Below are positions 1-10,332 of a stretch of DNA of 64,000 nucleotides, piece by piece (positions within the stretch are counted from its first letter, which is position 1; every line of letters starts with the position of its first letter). The DNA comes from Glaciimonas sp. Its GTDB lineage: Bacteria; Pseudomonadota; Gammaproteobacteria; Burkholderiales; Burkholderiaceae_D. Made by a program: the position numbers and the translations under genes. Location of the stretch: assembly GCA_012927585.1 (NCBI GenBank), contig JABBOY010000026.1:7408-71407 (forward strand), read 5' to 3'. The notes beneath the pieces are model-generated. The model ran no database searches, was not told where the DNA came from, and was given only the letters and a program-made list of their open reading frames with translations.

Positions 1-797
1 GGATCGATTCGCGGCGTGCTGGCCAGCAAGGCGCGCGTGTACGGATGCAATGGCCGGCTAAATATCTGATGCTTGGCGCCATGCTCGACCGTTTTGCCCA
101 GATACATCACCAACACTTCGTCGGCGATCATCTCGACTACCGCCAAATTGTGCGAAATAAACAGGTAAGCAACATCGCTGGCCTCTTGTAAATCCATCAG
201 CAGATTCAATACCTGGGCTTGAATCGATACGTCCAATGCCGATACCGGCTCATCGGCCACAATAACTTTAGGGTTCAGCATCAAGGCGCGGGCGATGGCG
301 ATGCGCTGACGTTGGCCACCGGAAAACATGTGCGGGTATCGGCCGTAATGTTCAGGCCGCAAACCGACCTTGGCCATCATGGCTTGGGCGCGTTCCATAC
401 GTTCCGATTTGGCATAACCGGTATTGATCGCCAACGGTTCTTCCAGGATGGAGCCCACTTTTTTGCGCGGATTCAAGCTGGCATACGGATTTTGAAACAC
501 CATTTGCACCATCGGACGAACATGTTTGCGGGCGGCCTTATCTGCGTTTGCAATATTGATCCCGTCCATCCATAGCTCGCCGCCGGTGGGTGACTCTATC
601 ATTACAACCTGACGTGCCAGCGTTGATTTCCCGCAACCGGATTCACCCACTACAGCTAGGGTCTTGCCCGGGGTAAGCGTGAACGATACGCCATCGAGTG
701 CGCGTGCCGCCACCTTCGGCTTGAACCATCCCTGCGATACCGCGTAATGTTTGCTGAGATTTTTTGCTTCGAGCAGAATATTTATATTTGTCATCAT
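1..797 (-). CDS. dppF: Dipeptide ABC transporter ATP-binding subunit (partial, runs off left edge)
   Basis: Manual translation from ATG at 797: [59 protein letters not shown] (Walker A); overlaps dppD stop; absent from ORF track because truncated. Confidence 0.9.
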   Translation of the reverse strand, partial: MMTNINILLEAKNLSKHYAVSQGWFKPKVAARALDGVSFTLTPGKTLAVVGESGCGKSTLARQVVMIESPTGGELWMDGINIANADKAARKHVRPMVQMVFQNPYASLNPRKKVGSILEEPLAINTGYAKSERMERAQAMMAKVGLRPEHYGRYPHMFSGGQRQRIAIARALMLNPKVIVADEPVSALDVSIQAQVLNLLMDLQEASDVAYLFISHNLAVVEMIADEVLVMYLGKTVEHGAKHQIFSRPLHPYTRALLASTPRID

Positions 798-1792
798 CAA
801 ACCTTTTGCCAGCCGTTGGTGGGAAGGCCTTGACTATCAAGTGGAAAATGACAGCGCGCCTGCACGCCGGATGCGCCGGTCAATTCAGGCCGCTCCTGAC
901 GACACTTATCGGTAGCGTAAGGACAGCGCGGACTCAGCAAGCAGCCACTAGGACGGTCATATTGACCTGGCACCACGCCAGCCAGTGCCTGCAATCGATT
1001 ACGGCCGATATTGTGCTCCGGCAGCGCAGCCAGCAGGGCTTGTGTGTAGGGATGCCGTGGAGCGTCAAAAATATCAGGCACGCTTCCGGTTTCGACCACC
1101 TGCCCAGCATACATCACCACCACCTGTTTGACCGTCTGTGCGATCACGCTCAGATCATGGGTAATGAGCATCAATGCCATGCCTCGATCCCGCTGCAATT
1201 GCAGCAATAATTCCAGCATTTGGGCCTGCACCGTAACGTCCAGCGCAGTGGTCGGCTCGTCGGCAATCAGCAAGCGCGGATTGCACGCGATGGCAATGGC
1301 GACCATCACGCGCTGGCTCATGCCGCCGGATAATTGATGCGGATAAGCATCCAGGCGGCGCTCGGCATCCGGGATGTCGACTTGCTTCAATAGCGCCAAG
1401 GCCTTGGCCCGCAGCGCCTTGTTCGATCCACCTTCGTGAGCGCGCAAGGTCTCCATCAACTGGTAAGCGACCGTAAAGGATGGATTCAGACTCGTCATCG
1501 GGTCCTGGAATATCATTGCGATATCCTTGCCCAACAGCTTGCGCCGCTCGCTTTCCGACATCTTTAGCAAATCACGGCCATCGAAAGCCATGCGTTCAGC
1601 CTGGACCCGGCCCGGATAATCGATCAATCCCATCAGCGCGAGTGAAGTCACGCTCTTGCCGGAACCGGACTCTCCCACTATGCCAACTACTTCACCCTGA
1701 TCGATATTCAAATCCAGACCATCAACTGCCATGAATGGTGCGTTTTCTGAGCCGAACTGCACGCTCATGTTCCTGATTTCTAAGAGTGCCAT
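797..1792 (-). CDS. dppD: Dipeptide ABC transporter ATP-binding subunit
   Basis: GESGSGKS Walker A, LSGGMSQR signature, IADEPTT Walker B, C-terminal oligopeptide-ABC Cys motif. Confidence 0.93.
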   Translation of the reverse strand: MALLEIRNMSVQFGSENAPFMAVDGLDLNIDQGEVVGIVGESGSGKSVTSLALMGLIDYPGRVQAERMAFDGRDLLKMSESERRKLLGKDIAMIFQDPMTSLNPSFTVAYQLMETLRAHEGGSNKALRAKALALLKQVDIPDAERRLDAYPHQLSGGMSQRVMVAIAIACNPRLLIADEPTTALDVTVQAQMLELLLQLQRDRGMALMLITHDLSVIAQTVKQVVVMYAGQVVETGSVPDIFDAPRHPYTQALLAALPEHNIGRNRLQALAGVVPGQYDRPSGCLLSPRCPYATDKCRQERPELTGASGVQARCHFPLDSQGLPTNGWQKV

Positions 1793-1807
1793 GATGTTTT
1801 ATTTTAT

Positions 1808-2734
1808 CTATCGCTTCAGTTTCGGGTCGAGCGCATCGCGCAATCCATCGCCCATCAAGTTAAAAGCAAGCACGGAAACCAGAATCGCCAAGCCAGGAAA
1901 AGTCACCACCCACCAGGCACTTTGGATAAATTCGAGCGCGCTGGACAGCATGGAACCCCATTCCGGCGTCGGAGGTTGCGCGCCAAGACCCAGAAAGCCC
2001 AGCGCGGCGGCATCCAGAATGGCGCTGGAAAATCCCAGCGTGGTCTGCACGATCAACGGCGCGGCACAGTTAGGCAAAATGCAATTGACCATCAGGCGTA
2101 GGTTGCCTGCACCGGCGATGCGCGAAGCATTGACATAATCTTTCGACACTTCGCCGATCACAGCAGCACGGGTCAGGCGGGCAAAATGCGGCAGCATGAC
2201 AATGGCTATCGCATACATCGCATTCATCAGGCCCGGCCCCAGGATGGCTACCACTGCAATCGCCAGCAACAAGCTCGGCAAAGCCAGCATGATGTCCATC
2301 AAGCGCATGATGGCAACTTCAATTCCACCCCGAAAAAAACCGGCAAGCAGTCCGAGTACAACGCCAATACCGAGCGACAACGTGACTGATACCAGACCGA
2401 TGAACAAAGATAGCCGCGTACCGTAAATCAGGCGCGATAACATGTCGCGGCCGACCGGGTCAGTGCCCAGAATGAATTTACTGCTACCGCCGTCCTGCCA
2501 CATGGGCGGAACCAGGGTCGCCTCGCGGTATTGCACAATTGCCGAGTGCGGTGCGATGACATCGGCCAGCAATGCCACTAATATCAATCCGATGACGGCG
2601 AACAAGCCTATCAAAGCACCGCGATTCTGACCAAAATAGTCCCACATTTCACGCAATGGATGCGGCGGAATAGGAGAAATCTCTGGTGAAGATGTCGGCG
2701 AGGATGCAGGAGAAATTGACGTTGAATTGCTCAT
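1808..2734 (-). CDS. dppC: Dipeptide ABC transporter permease
   Basis: LGTDPVGRDMLSRLIYG motif, EAA-like loop, PPTPEWG; operon position. Confidence 0.92.
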   Translation of the reverse strand: MSNSTSISPASSPTSSPEISPIPPHPLREMWDYFGQNRGALIGLFAVIGLILVALLADVIAPHSAIVQYREATLVPPMWQDGGSSKFILGTDPVGRDMLSRLIYGTRLSLFIGLVSVTLSLGIGVVLGLLAGFFRGGIEVAIMRLMDIMLALPSLLLAIAVVAILGPGLMNAMYAIAIVMLPHFARLTRAAVIGEVSKDYVNASRIAGAGNLRLMVNCILPNCAAPLIVQTTLGFSSAILDAAALGFLGLGAQPPTPEWGSMLSSALEFIQSAWWVVTFPGLAILVSVLAFNLMGDGLRDALDPKLKR

Positions 2735-3741
2735 GAGCTGTGTCGAATACGTGGATTAATGGCGCCGTACAGCACGTCGACAAGAAGATTGACAATGATG
2801 ATGATGGTGGCAGACATCAGGATGCCGCCTTGGACAACAGCATAATCGCGGCGCTGAATTGCTCCTACCAGCCATTTCCCGATGCCAGGCCATGAAAATA
2901 TGGTTTCGGTCAGAATCGCACCGGCCAGCAGCGTACCGACTTGCAAGCCGATGATGGTAACCACCGGGATCAGTGCATTGCGCAGTGCATGTATTCCAAT
3001 GACGCGCCATTTCGATAATCCCTTGGCACGTGCGGTACGCACATAATCTTCGCGCAAGACCTCAAGCATCGCTGAACGCGTCATGCGGGCGATCACCGCA
3101 AGCGGAATCGTTCCCAGTGCAATCGCCGGCAGAATCAGGTGCGAAAGTGCCGATTTGAAAGCGCCTGGTTCGCCTGACAGCAAGCTGTCTATCAGCATAA
3201 ACCCGGTAACTGGCGGTAGATCAAACAGGATGTCGATCCGACCCGATACCGGCGTCCAGCCAAGCGTGACGGAAAACAGCAGGATGAGCAGCAACGCCCA
3301 CCAGAAAATCGGCATCGAGAACCCGGTCAGCGACAGGCCCATTACCGAATAATCGAGATACGTATTGCGCTTCAGCGCAGCCAGGATGCCAGCGGGTATT
3401 CCGATCACCAGCGCCAATAGCATGGCGCACAAGGATAATTCGACTGTCGCCGGAAACAGTGTGATGAACTCTTTAAATACCGGCTCATGGGTTGAAAGAG
3501 AAAACCCGAGATCACCTTGTAGTATATTTTTTAAATAATCAAAATATTGTACGTACAGCGGCTGGTCAAGGCCGAACTCATGCAACAGGCGCGCATAACG
3601 TGCGGCATCCATGCCGCGCTCGCCCGACATGGCCTCCACGGCATTGCCGGGGATCATGTGAATAAGAGAGAACACAAGTAAGGTAATGCCTAGGAAGGTC
3701 GGAATGACCAGACCTATTCGGCGCAGGAGAAATCCAAACAT
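2731..3741 (-). CDS. dppB: Dipeptide ABC transporter permease
   Basis: MFGFLLRRIG start (trimmed from ORF at 3804); GDLG, EDYVRTARAKG EAA motif. Confidence 0.92.
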   Translation of the reverse strand: MFGFLLRRIGLVIPTFLGITLLVFSLIHMIPGNAVEAMSGERGMDAARYARLLHEFGLDQPLYVQYFDYLKNILQGDLGFSLSTHEPVFKEFITLFPATVELSLCAMLLALVIGIPAGILAALKRNTYLDYSVMGLSLTGFSMPIFWWALLLILLFSVTLGWTPVSGRIDILFDLPPVTGFMLIDSLLSGEPGAFKSALSHLILPAIALGTIPLAVIARMTRSAMLEVLREDYVRTARAKGLSKWRVIGIHALRNALIPVVTIIGLQVGTLLAGAILTETIFSWPGIGKWLVGAIQRRDYAVVQGGILMSATIIIIVNLLVDVLYGAINPRIRHSS

Positions 3742-3891
3742 CGGGGAATCCTGTTCGATAGTCAAGTGGGAGTGTGTGCGATAAATTGACAGCGTCACAG
3801 CCACAGCACTGTTTTGCTTAATCCAGACAAAACCAAGCCGGATCAGTCATAACAGTGCTGCGCCCAATGACACTTATCACTGGGCGAAACT

Positions 3892-5502
3892 TTACTTTTT
3901 CAAATCGACGTTATTGAAATTAAAGTGGCCGGTAGGATCCATCTTGAAACCGATTACATTTTTGCGCACCGGAGTGTATGCGATCGAATGGGCAATCGTA
4001 ATCCACGGGGCTTCTTCCTTGACGATTTCCTGCGCTTTTTCGTACAACTTGCTGCGTTCAGCCTGGGTTGGAGCAACCTTGGCTTTCTGGGTCAACGCTT
4101 CAAAATCCTTGTTGCACCAGCGCGCTACGTTACCCCCGCCATTGACTGCGTTGCAACCGAGCAGCGTATCAAAGAAATTGTCTGGATCGCCATTATCGCC
4201 GGTCCAGCCGAACATCATTGCCTGTTGCTCACCGGCTTTGCTGCGTTTTTTGTATTCGCCCCATTCGTAAGTGACGAGTTTGGCTTTGACGCCAATCTTG
4301 GCCCAATCCGCCTGGACCAATACAGCCATACGTTTGCCATCGGGATTATAGGGACGCGACACCGGCAGGTACCACAAATCTATTTCCAGACCATTCGGAT
4401 AACCGGCCTTGGCCAGCAAAGCCTTGGCCTTCTCGACGTCATACGCGTAATCCTTGATGTTTTTGTTATAAGACCACATGGTCGGTGGAATCGGATTTAC
4501 GGCTGCCCGACCACCGCCTTGATAGACCGAACTGAGAATACTTTTCTTGTCCACTGCCATGTTCAGAGCTTGGCGCACAAGTTTGTTGTCGAACGGTTTT
4601 TTCTCGACATTCAAGGCGATATAACCAATGTTCAATCCTTCCTGCGATAACAGGTTGATTGCAGGGTCGCTCTTCATCATCGCAATATCGGCTGGCTTGG
4701 GATACGCCATCACTTGGCATTCGCCGGCCTTAAGTTTGGCATACCGTACCGAGGCATCAGGCGTGATGGCAAAGATCAGATTGTCAATCTTCGGCCGCCC
4801 TTTCCAGTATTGATCGAACGCCTTGTAGCGGATGATTGCATCTTTTTGGTAAGAGCCGAACACGAACGCGCCGGTACCAATCGGTTCACGGTCGATCACT
4901 TCCGGCGTACCGGCCGCCAGCATCTTGTCGGCGTACTCGGCAGACAAGATCGAGGAAAAGTCCATCGCCAAATTGGCAATGAATGGCGCCTCAGGATGCT
5001 TGAGCGTGAAGCGCACGGTTCTGTCGTCGATTTTTTCCAGTTTGTCGACGATATTGTTCATTCCCATGTCTTCAAAATAGGCAAAAGTCTGCCCTGGCGC
5101 CGTCTTGTGGAAGGGATGTGCAGGGTTCGCCATGCGGTTGTAGCTGAACAAAACATCATCCGCGTTGAAGTCGCGTGACGGCTTGAATTTGGCACTGCTA
5201 TGGAATTTGACGCCCTTGCGCAGCGTGAATGTATACGTCAGGCCGTCAGGAGATACTGCCCAGGATTCTGCCAGCCCAGGACCGACCTTGGTCGTGCCAA
5301 GTTCGAATTCGACCAAACGGTTATACATCGGCACCGACGAGGCATCGAAGGTTGTGCCGGTGGTAAAGAATTGCGGGTTAAAACCTTCCGGGCTGCCTTC
5401 CGAGCAATACACCAAGTTAGTCGCCGCCGCCGCAAATCCCGCATAAGCAAACAAGACAGCAAGCAGGCCGGCCTTGAACACATATTTTCCATTTTTTTCC
5501 AT
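3892..5502 (-). CDS. dppA: Dipeptide ABC transporter periplasmic binding protein
   Basis: Signal peptide, LVYCSEGSPEGFNPQ, PIGTG, GWTGDNGDPDNF family-5 SBP motifs. Confidence 0.93.
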   Translation of the reverse strand: MEKNGKYVFKAGLLAVLFAYAGFAAAATNLVYCSEGSPEGFNPQFFTTGTTFDASSVPMYNRLVEFELGTTKVGPGLAESWAVSPDGLTYTFTLRKGVKFHSSAKFKPSRDFNADDVLFSYNRMANPAHPFHKTAPGQTFAYFEDMGMNNIVDKLEKIDDRTVRFTLKHPEAPFIANLAMDFSSILSAEYADKMLAAGTPEVIDREPIGTGAFVFGSYQKDAIIRYKAFDQYWKGRPKIDNLIFAITPDASVRYAKLKAGECQVMAYPKPADIAMMKSDPAINLLSQEGLNIGYIALNVEKKPFDNKLVRQALNMAVDKKSILSSVYQGGGRAAVNPIPPTMWSYNKNIKDYAYDVEKAKALLAKAGYPNGLEIDLWYLPVSRPYNPDGKRMAVLVQADWAKIGVKAKLVTYEWGEYKKRSKAGEQQAMMFGWTGDNGDPDNFFDTLLGCNAVNGGGNVARWCNKDFEALTQKAKVAPTQAERSKLYEKAQEIVKEEAPWITIAHSIAYTPVRKNVIGFKMDPTGHFNFNNVDLKK

Positions 5503-5631
5503 AGCCCATTCCCTCTTTAGTATTGAATCCAGTGAATTGAATCGGTTTATTTCTAGCCTGATGAGAACGCATTATCAAATAATCCGCACCCCGATTAGAC
5601 TGGAACAAATATATAGTTAATTCAATGCGTG

Positions 5632-5673
5632 GTCAGACATTGTTTGCATAGGCCTATGCAAATAATGTCTGAC
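5632..5673. repeat. 42-bp spacerless palindrome upstream of dppA
   Basis: GTCAGACATTGTTTGCATAGG/CCTATGCAAATAATGTCTGAC: 21-bp arms with one G-T mismatch. Confidence 0.85.
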
Positions 5674-5755
5674 ATTTTGCTGGAGCGGCAGGAAACGCGG
5701 GAAAAATACCTGACCGGAAGACAGGCGGCAAACCGGTTAGCGAGCGTCCACAATA

Positions 5756-6679
5756 TTAGATGTTCTGCGACTGCAGGTAATCCCATAACTGCGCAACCAG
5801 GCGCTTACCCGGTTTTTGGCTAGAAGGTTTTTCGCGGTACAAGCGAATTTCCATATTAGTTTCCCAGCGTAGTTGCGGACTATCTGCGCGCACCAGTCGC
5901 TGCTGCGCAAGTTCCTGCGCGACAGCCGACTCCGGCAGGAATGCAAGGCCATGGCCCTCCAGTACCATCATCTTCAAGGCTTCCGCCGTTCCCGTCTCAT
6001 AGCATTTTTCCAGGTGCAGTGGCATTAGGGCATCGGCCTGGATTAAATCGACAATGCGACCGAAATAGGCAGCGCTTGCATAGGATAAGTACGGCAACGG
6101 CGCAACGGCGCTCCCTGGCAACGCGAACTCTGGCCGGCCGGCCTGATCGCACCGGCTATAGGCACACAGTTTTTCGCACCCCACAATCATCATGTCATAA
6201 CGGCTGGCATCAAGTTGCAATGGTTGCAGCGGATGGTAAAAAGTCAGCAGCAAATCACAACCGCCTTCGGATAACACCGATACGGCATCATGCACATTGA
6301 ATGCCGCCAGCCGCACACCGAATGGGCCGATGCCGGATTTCAGGTCTGTTAGCCATTTGGGGATATAGGTCAGCGCCAGCGTATGGTGAACTGCAAAATC
6401 AACCGAAGATTCAGTACTGGCACGATTCTCGCGCAACAATGCCCTGACATCGTTGATCTGACCGAGCATGGCAATGGCCTGCTCATAAAACAGATGTCCT
6501 TCCCGCGTCAGACTGGTGGGGAACGAGGTACGGTCGATCAGATCGGTGCCGATCCAGGCTTCAAGCGATTTAATACGGCGCGAAAATGCCGATTGCGTAA
6601 CATGACGCTGCTCTGCCGAACGGCTGAAGCTATGGGTTTGCGCCAGAGAAATAAAATCCTCCAACCATTTACTTTCCAT
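5756..6679 (-). CDS. LysR-family transcriptional regulator (HypT/YjiE-like)
   Basis: MESKWLEDF...SFSRSAEQRHVTQSAFSRRIKSLE HTH followed by LysR substrate-binding domain. Confidence 0.9.
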   Translation of the reverse strand: MESKWLEDFISLAQTHSFSRSAEQRHVTQSAFSRRIKSLEAWIGTDLIDRTSFPTSLTREGHLFYEQAIAMLGQINDVRALLRENRASTESSVDFAVHHTLALTYIPKWLTDLKSGIGPFGVRLAAFNVHDAVSVLSEGGCDLLLTFYHPLQPLQLDASRYDMMIVGCEKLCAYSRCDQAGRPEFALPGSAVAPLPYLSYASAAYFGRIVDLIQADALMPLHLEKCYETGTAEALKMMVLEGHGLAFLPESAVAQELAQQRLVRADSPQLRWETNMEIRLYREKPSSQKPGKRLVAQLWDYLQSQNI

Positions 6680-6860
6680 TGCACTGTATTTCTATATAAT
6701 ATTTTCGGTTAGAAATGCGATTGCGATGAATTATAAAACGTAAATTAGGGATGTAAATTAGCACATCAATCCTATGGTTCGCATTTTAATGTTTCTTTCC
6801 TGTTTCCATAAAACCAGCATGCAGCAACGCTTTTCAGCTGCCTGAACCAGCTAGGCAACA

Positions 6861-7394
6861 ATGAACTACTTATACATTAAACGCATCGCCGCATCGACTA
6901 TTGCCAGCTTACTGCTCATCCTGTCGTCCCATGCTGTTGCCCAGTATGTATGGCTCGATGATAAAGGCGTAAAGCAGTATTCAAACATGCCGCCGCCGCC
7001 GGCTGTACCAAATAGTCATATTCTGAAATCTCCCGGCGCTGTGGCACAAGCATTGGCTCCCGGTGTTGCGCCCGAGAAGATGCCGGACCAGAGCGAGAAT
7101 GCAGCGGCAGCTGCGGCAAAAGCGAAGCTGCCGCTAACCACCGCTGAAAAAAATGCCGACTTCCAGAAACGCAGGTTGGAGCAGGCTGAAAAAGACAAAA
7201 AAACAGCCAATGAAGCGCAACTTGCGGCCGACAAGAGCAAAAATTGCGAGCGCGCCACTGCATATCAAAAAGCGCTCGATTCCGGTCAGCGTATCGCGCA
7301 ACAGGGAAAAGACGGTCAGCGCGTTTATCTCAGCGACGCAAACCGTGCCCAGGAATTGCGCGACACAAAGAGAATTCTCAGCGAATGCAAATGA
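6861..7394 (+). CDS. DUF4124-domain exported protein
   Basis: Signal peptide then YVWLDDKGVKQYSNMPPP motif, coiled-coil C-terminus. Confidence 0.8.
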   Translation: MNYLYIKRIAASTIASLLLILSSHAVAQYVWLDDKGVKQYSNMPPPPAVPNSHILKSPGAVAQALAPGVAPEKMPDQSENAAAAAAKAKLPLTTAEKNADFQKRRLEQAEKDKKTANEAQLAADKSKNCERATAYQKALDSGQRIAQQGKDGQRVYLSDANRAQELRDTKRILSECK

Positions 7395-7424
7395 ACCCTG
7401 GCAGGGTTCCTTACATACTGTGAT

Positions 7425-7721
7425 TTACTCTGGTTTTCTGTCGGCGCGGCGACGACGGGACTCTTTCGGATCGGCTATTAATGGCCGATAAATCTCGATC
7501 CGGTCGCCGTCTCGCAGAATCGTCTCCAAAGTTTTGAGTTTGGCGTAAATGCCGACACGGCACGTCAATAAGTCAATTTCCGGCATGTCACGCAGTATCC
7601 CGCTTTGCATAATGGCTGCTTGCAAGTTGGTTCCCGGCAGTACGCTAACGTCGCGCAATAGCTGAATTCCCGGTTTGGCATAACACACCTGCACGTGCAT
7701 ATCTTCAGCGGGCCTATCCAT
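7425..7721 (-). CDS. ratB: RnfH-family ubiquitin-like protein
   Basis: VGIYAK...GDRIEIYRPLIADPKESRRRRA; follows ratA. Confidence 0.88.
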   Translation of the reverse strand: MDRPAEDMHVQVCYAKPGIQLLRDVSVLPGTNLQAAIMQSGILRDMPEIDLLTCRVGIYAKLKTLETILRDGDRIEIYRPLIADPKESRRRRADRKPE

Positions 7722-8145
7722 ATACTGCCTCTGCCCTTTTGCAAAACGATTCGACGAAACTGTTGGCGATCATGCCAAATACCGGCCCGATGAGTTTATC
7801 CAGAAGCCGGTTGGAAAACTCATATTCCAAATCGAATTCAATCTTGCAAGCATCTTCGCGCAGCGGCTTGAAGACCCAGGAACCCTGTAATTGCCGGAAT
7901 GGGCCTTCCAGCAGGCGCATTTGAATTGATGTCGGCTGGACATTGGTATTCTCCGTTGTGAAGGATTGCTTGAGCCCGTGATAATGTATGACGATAGCTG
8001 CAACCAGCCCATCGGCTGTGCGATCGCGCACCTCCGTACCGCCGCACCAGGGCAGAAAGCGTGGATAATCTTCCACCTTGTCAACCAGAGCAAACATCTG
8101 CTCGGCGCTATAACCTACAATTACTGATTTATGTACGACTGCCAT
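7714..8145 (-). CDS. ratA: RatA/PasT SRPBCC (START) family protein
   Basis: MFALVDKVEDYPRFLPWC motif; divergent from smpB. Confidence 0.9.
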   Translation of the reverse strand: MAVVHKSVIVGYSAEQMFALVDKVEDYPRFLPWCGGTEVRDRTADGLVAAIVIHYHGLKQSFTTENTNVQPTSIQMRLLEGPFRQLQGSWVFKPLREDACKIEFDLEYEFSNRLLDKLIGPVFGMIANSFVESFCKRAEAVYG

Positions 8146-8208
8146 CGAATCTCAACCGTTTGGTAAAATTACACGAATTCTAACCGACTCCCCTTATTAC
8201 CCCATCAC

Positions 8209-8658
8209 ATGACCATCGTTGACAACAGAAAAGCTTTCCATGACTATTTTATTGAGGAGCGCTTCGAAGCTGGTGTCGTCCTGCATGGCTGGGAAGCCAA
8301 GTCCATACGCGCCGGACGGGTTCAACTCAAGGAAGCCTATGTGATTGTGCGTGACGGCGAGATTTTTCTGTTCGGCGCCCATATCAGCGCGCTATTAAGC
8401 GCCTCCACCCACGTCCACCCAGAAGCCTTACGCACACGTAAGTTGTTGCTGCATGCTGCCGAAATCAGTAAGTTGGTCAGCAAGGTCGAACGCTCCGGCT
8501 ACACTCTGGTGCCGATCAACCTGCACTTCGTGCGGGGACGCGTCAAGTGTGAAATCGGACTGGCTAAAGGCAAGAAGCTGCACGACAAGCGCGACACCGA
8601 GAAATCGCGCGATTGGCAGCGCGAGCAACAGCAAATCATGAAACAGAATTTCCGTTAA
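8209..8658 (+). CDS. smpB: SsrA-binding protein
   Basis: [33 protein letters not shown]. Confidence 0.97.
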   Translation: MTIVDNRKAFHDYFIEERFEAGVVLHGWEAKSIRAGRVQLKEAYVIVRDGEIFLFGAHISALLSASTHVHPEALRTRKLLLHAAEISKLVSKVERSGYTLVPINLHFVRGRVKCEIGLAKGKKLHDKRDTEKSRDWQREQQQIMKQNFR

Positions 8659-8691
8659 GTAAAAACCATGACTCTACACGCTTTAAATTAA

Positions 8692-8756
8692 TAAAGGTGG
8701 GGTATGCCATAAAACATGGTATTGTCCGCTTTATTTTATTGACGTATATTTAATAC
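8692..8756 (+). repeat. AT-rich dispersed element copy 1 (GTAT-N20-CCGCTT-N21-ATAC)
   Basis: GTAT 8702-8705, CCGCTT 8726-8731, ATAC 8753-8756; between convergent smpB and SPFH genes. Confidence 0.6.
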
Positions 8757-8869
8757 ATATGCGTGTACATAAAAAATGCACCGAGACTGCTCGTCTGGCT
8801 GATTTGTATAAAAAATCAAATTAGCAGCCGTTTTGACACGGCTTCCAATCGCTAACGGTTAGTCCTCTA

Positions 8870-9796
8870 TCAGGATTTTTGCTGTGATTTAACGACTTGC
8901 AGAGCACTTGCAATCAAACTGCTGATATCGCTCAAATTTGCTGGAACAATAATCGAATTATTCGTCTTGGCCAAATTGGCAAAGGCGCTGACGTATTGCT
9001 CTGCCACTTTCAGATTCACCGCATCCGCACCACCCGGCTCCCGGATTGCGGCAGCAGTCTTGCGAATTGCATCTGCGCTGGCCTCGGCCAAGAAGACGAT
9101 CGCTGCGGCCTGGCCTTCCGCCCGATTAATCGACGCTTGTTTTTCGCCCTCAGACTTAGCTATCGATGCTTCACGCTCGCCGGTTGCGATATTGATCTGC
9201 TCTTGCTTGCGTCCTTCGGAAGCGGCAATCAAGGCCCGCTTTTCGCGCTCTGCGGTAATCTGCGCCTGCATTGAATGCAAAATTTCCTTGGGCGGGGTCA
9301 AATCCTTGATCTCGTAGCGCAGTACTTTTACGCCCCAATTTGAAGCCGATTCATCGATTGAGCTGACGACGCTCAGATTGATGTGCGCGCGTTCTTCGAA
9401 CGTCTTGTCCAGTTCCATCTTGCCAATTACGCTACGCAGCGTGGTTTGCGCCAGTTGCGACACGGCGTAAATATAATTTGAAGAACCATACGAAGCACGC
9501 ATCGGGTCGGTCACTTGAAAATACAGGATGCCATCGACTTCCAGTTGCGTATTATCTTTCGTGATGCAAACCTGACTAGGAACGTCCATCGGGATTTCCT
9601 TCAGTGAATGCTTGTAGGCGATGCGATCGATGAACGGCAAAACGATGTTCAGACCTGGCGCCAGCGTGCCGTGATACTTGCCAAAACGCTCGACTACCCA
9701 AGCATGCTGCTGCGGTACGACGTTGATGGTCTTGACGACAAAAATAATCGCCAGAATGAACAGGATGATGGAAATGCTGCTGAAATCAAAAGCCAT
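8870..9796 (-). CDS. SPFH/band 7 (QmcA/stomatin-like) protein
   Basis: N-terminal TM, VVERFGKY, ITKDNTQLEVDG, AEREKRA; start trimmed to MAFDF. Confidence 0.9.
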   Translation of the reverse strand: MAFDFSSISIILFILAIIFVVKTINVVPQQHAWVVERFGKYHGTLAPGLNIVLPFIDRIAYKHSLKEIPMDVPSQVCITKDNTQLEVDGILYFQVTDPMRASYGSSNYIYAVSQLAQTTLRSVIGKMELDKTFEERAHINLSVVSSIDESASNWGVKVLRYEIKDLTPPKEILHSMQAQITAEREKRALIAASEGRKQEQINIATGEREASIAKSEGEKQASINRAEGQAAAIVFLAEASADAIRKTAAAIREPGGADAVNLKVAEQYVSAFANLAKTNNSIIVPANLSDISSLIASALQVVKSQQKS

Positions 9797-9806
9797 GGTA
9801 TGTCCT

Positions 9807-10235
9807 TTATGGTACGGAGTTAGCGACAATCAAGTGACTGCCGCGTATTTCACGAATGACGAAAGCACCGGCAATTGCTACTGCGCCTGGCATCAGTTCA
9901 ATGTCCCACATGGCACCTCGATACATGGTACGCGCATGATTATCCTGCCATTGCTCGACATGCACGGTTTGCCCGATGTCGAGGTTGACATTCGGGTCAC
10001 GCCCGGTAGGCAGTTTGCGCTGTTTTCCAAAGCTGCTTTTACGCAATAAGAAAGTTGCGATTGCCCCCACGATCGCCGCAATCACCATTTGCAGTGGAAA
10101 CACAAAACCGGCCAGCGCTACTGCGCCGCCGGCTAGCGCGCCTAATGCAATCATCAGTAAATAAAATGTACCGGTGAATATTTCGGCAATGACGAGTATG
10201 CCCGCCATGCCAAACCAGGTCATCCAGTCAGGCAT
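9807..10235 (-). CDS. NfeD-family membrane protein (YbbJ-like)
   Basis: W-rich TM N-terminus, OB-fold with YRGAMW; conserved partner of SPFH gene. Confidence 0.85.
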   Translation of the reverse strand: MPDWMTWFGMAGILVIAEIFTGTFYLLMIALGALAGGAVALAGFVFPLQMVIAAIVGAIATFLLRKSSFGKQRKLPTGRDPNVNLDIGQTVHVEQWQDNHARTMYRGAMWDIELMPGAVAIAGAFVIREIRGSHLIVANSVP

Positions 10236-10332
10236 CCGATTCTCCTTTTTGCGGGTTGTGAAATAAGCGATTTTTCATTATGAAAATAATCCAGTACGCA
10301 TTCTTGAAAACAAATTAATACCATCATAGGCT

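Noticed and set aside
3804-3886. Two hairpins between dppA and dppB (CAGCACTGTT/AACAGTGCTG; CGCCCA/TGGGCG)
   Set aside because: Expected mRNA-stabilising structure after a binding-protein gene.
7425-8145. ratA-ratB as an accessory toxin-antitoxin module
   Set aside because: Conserved housekeeping pair normally found beside smpB.
8659-8869. tmRNA or prophage attachment site after smpB
   Set aside because: No tRNA-like ends, tag reading frame or integrase seen.
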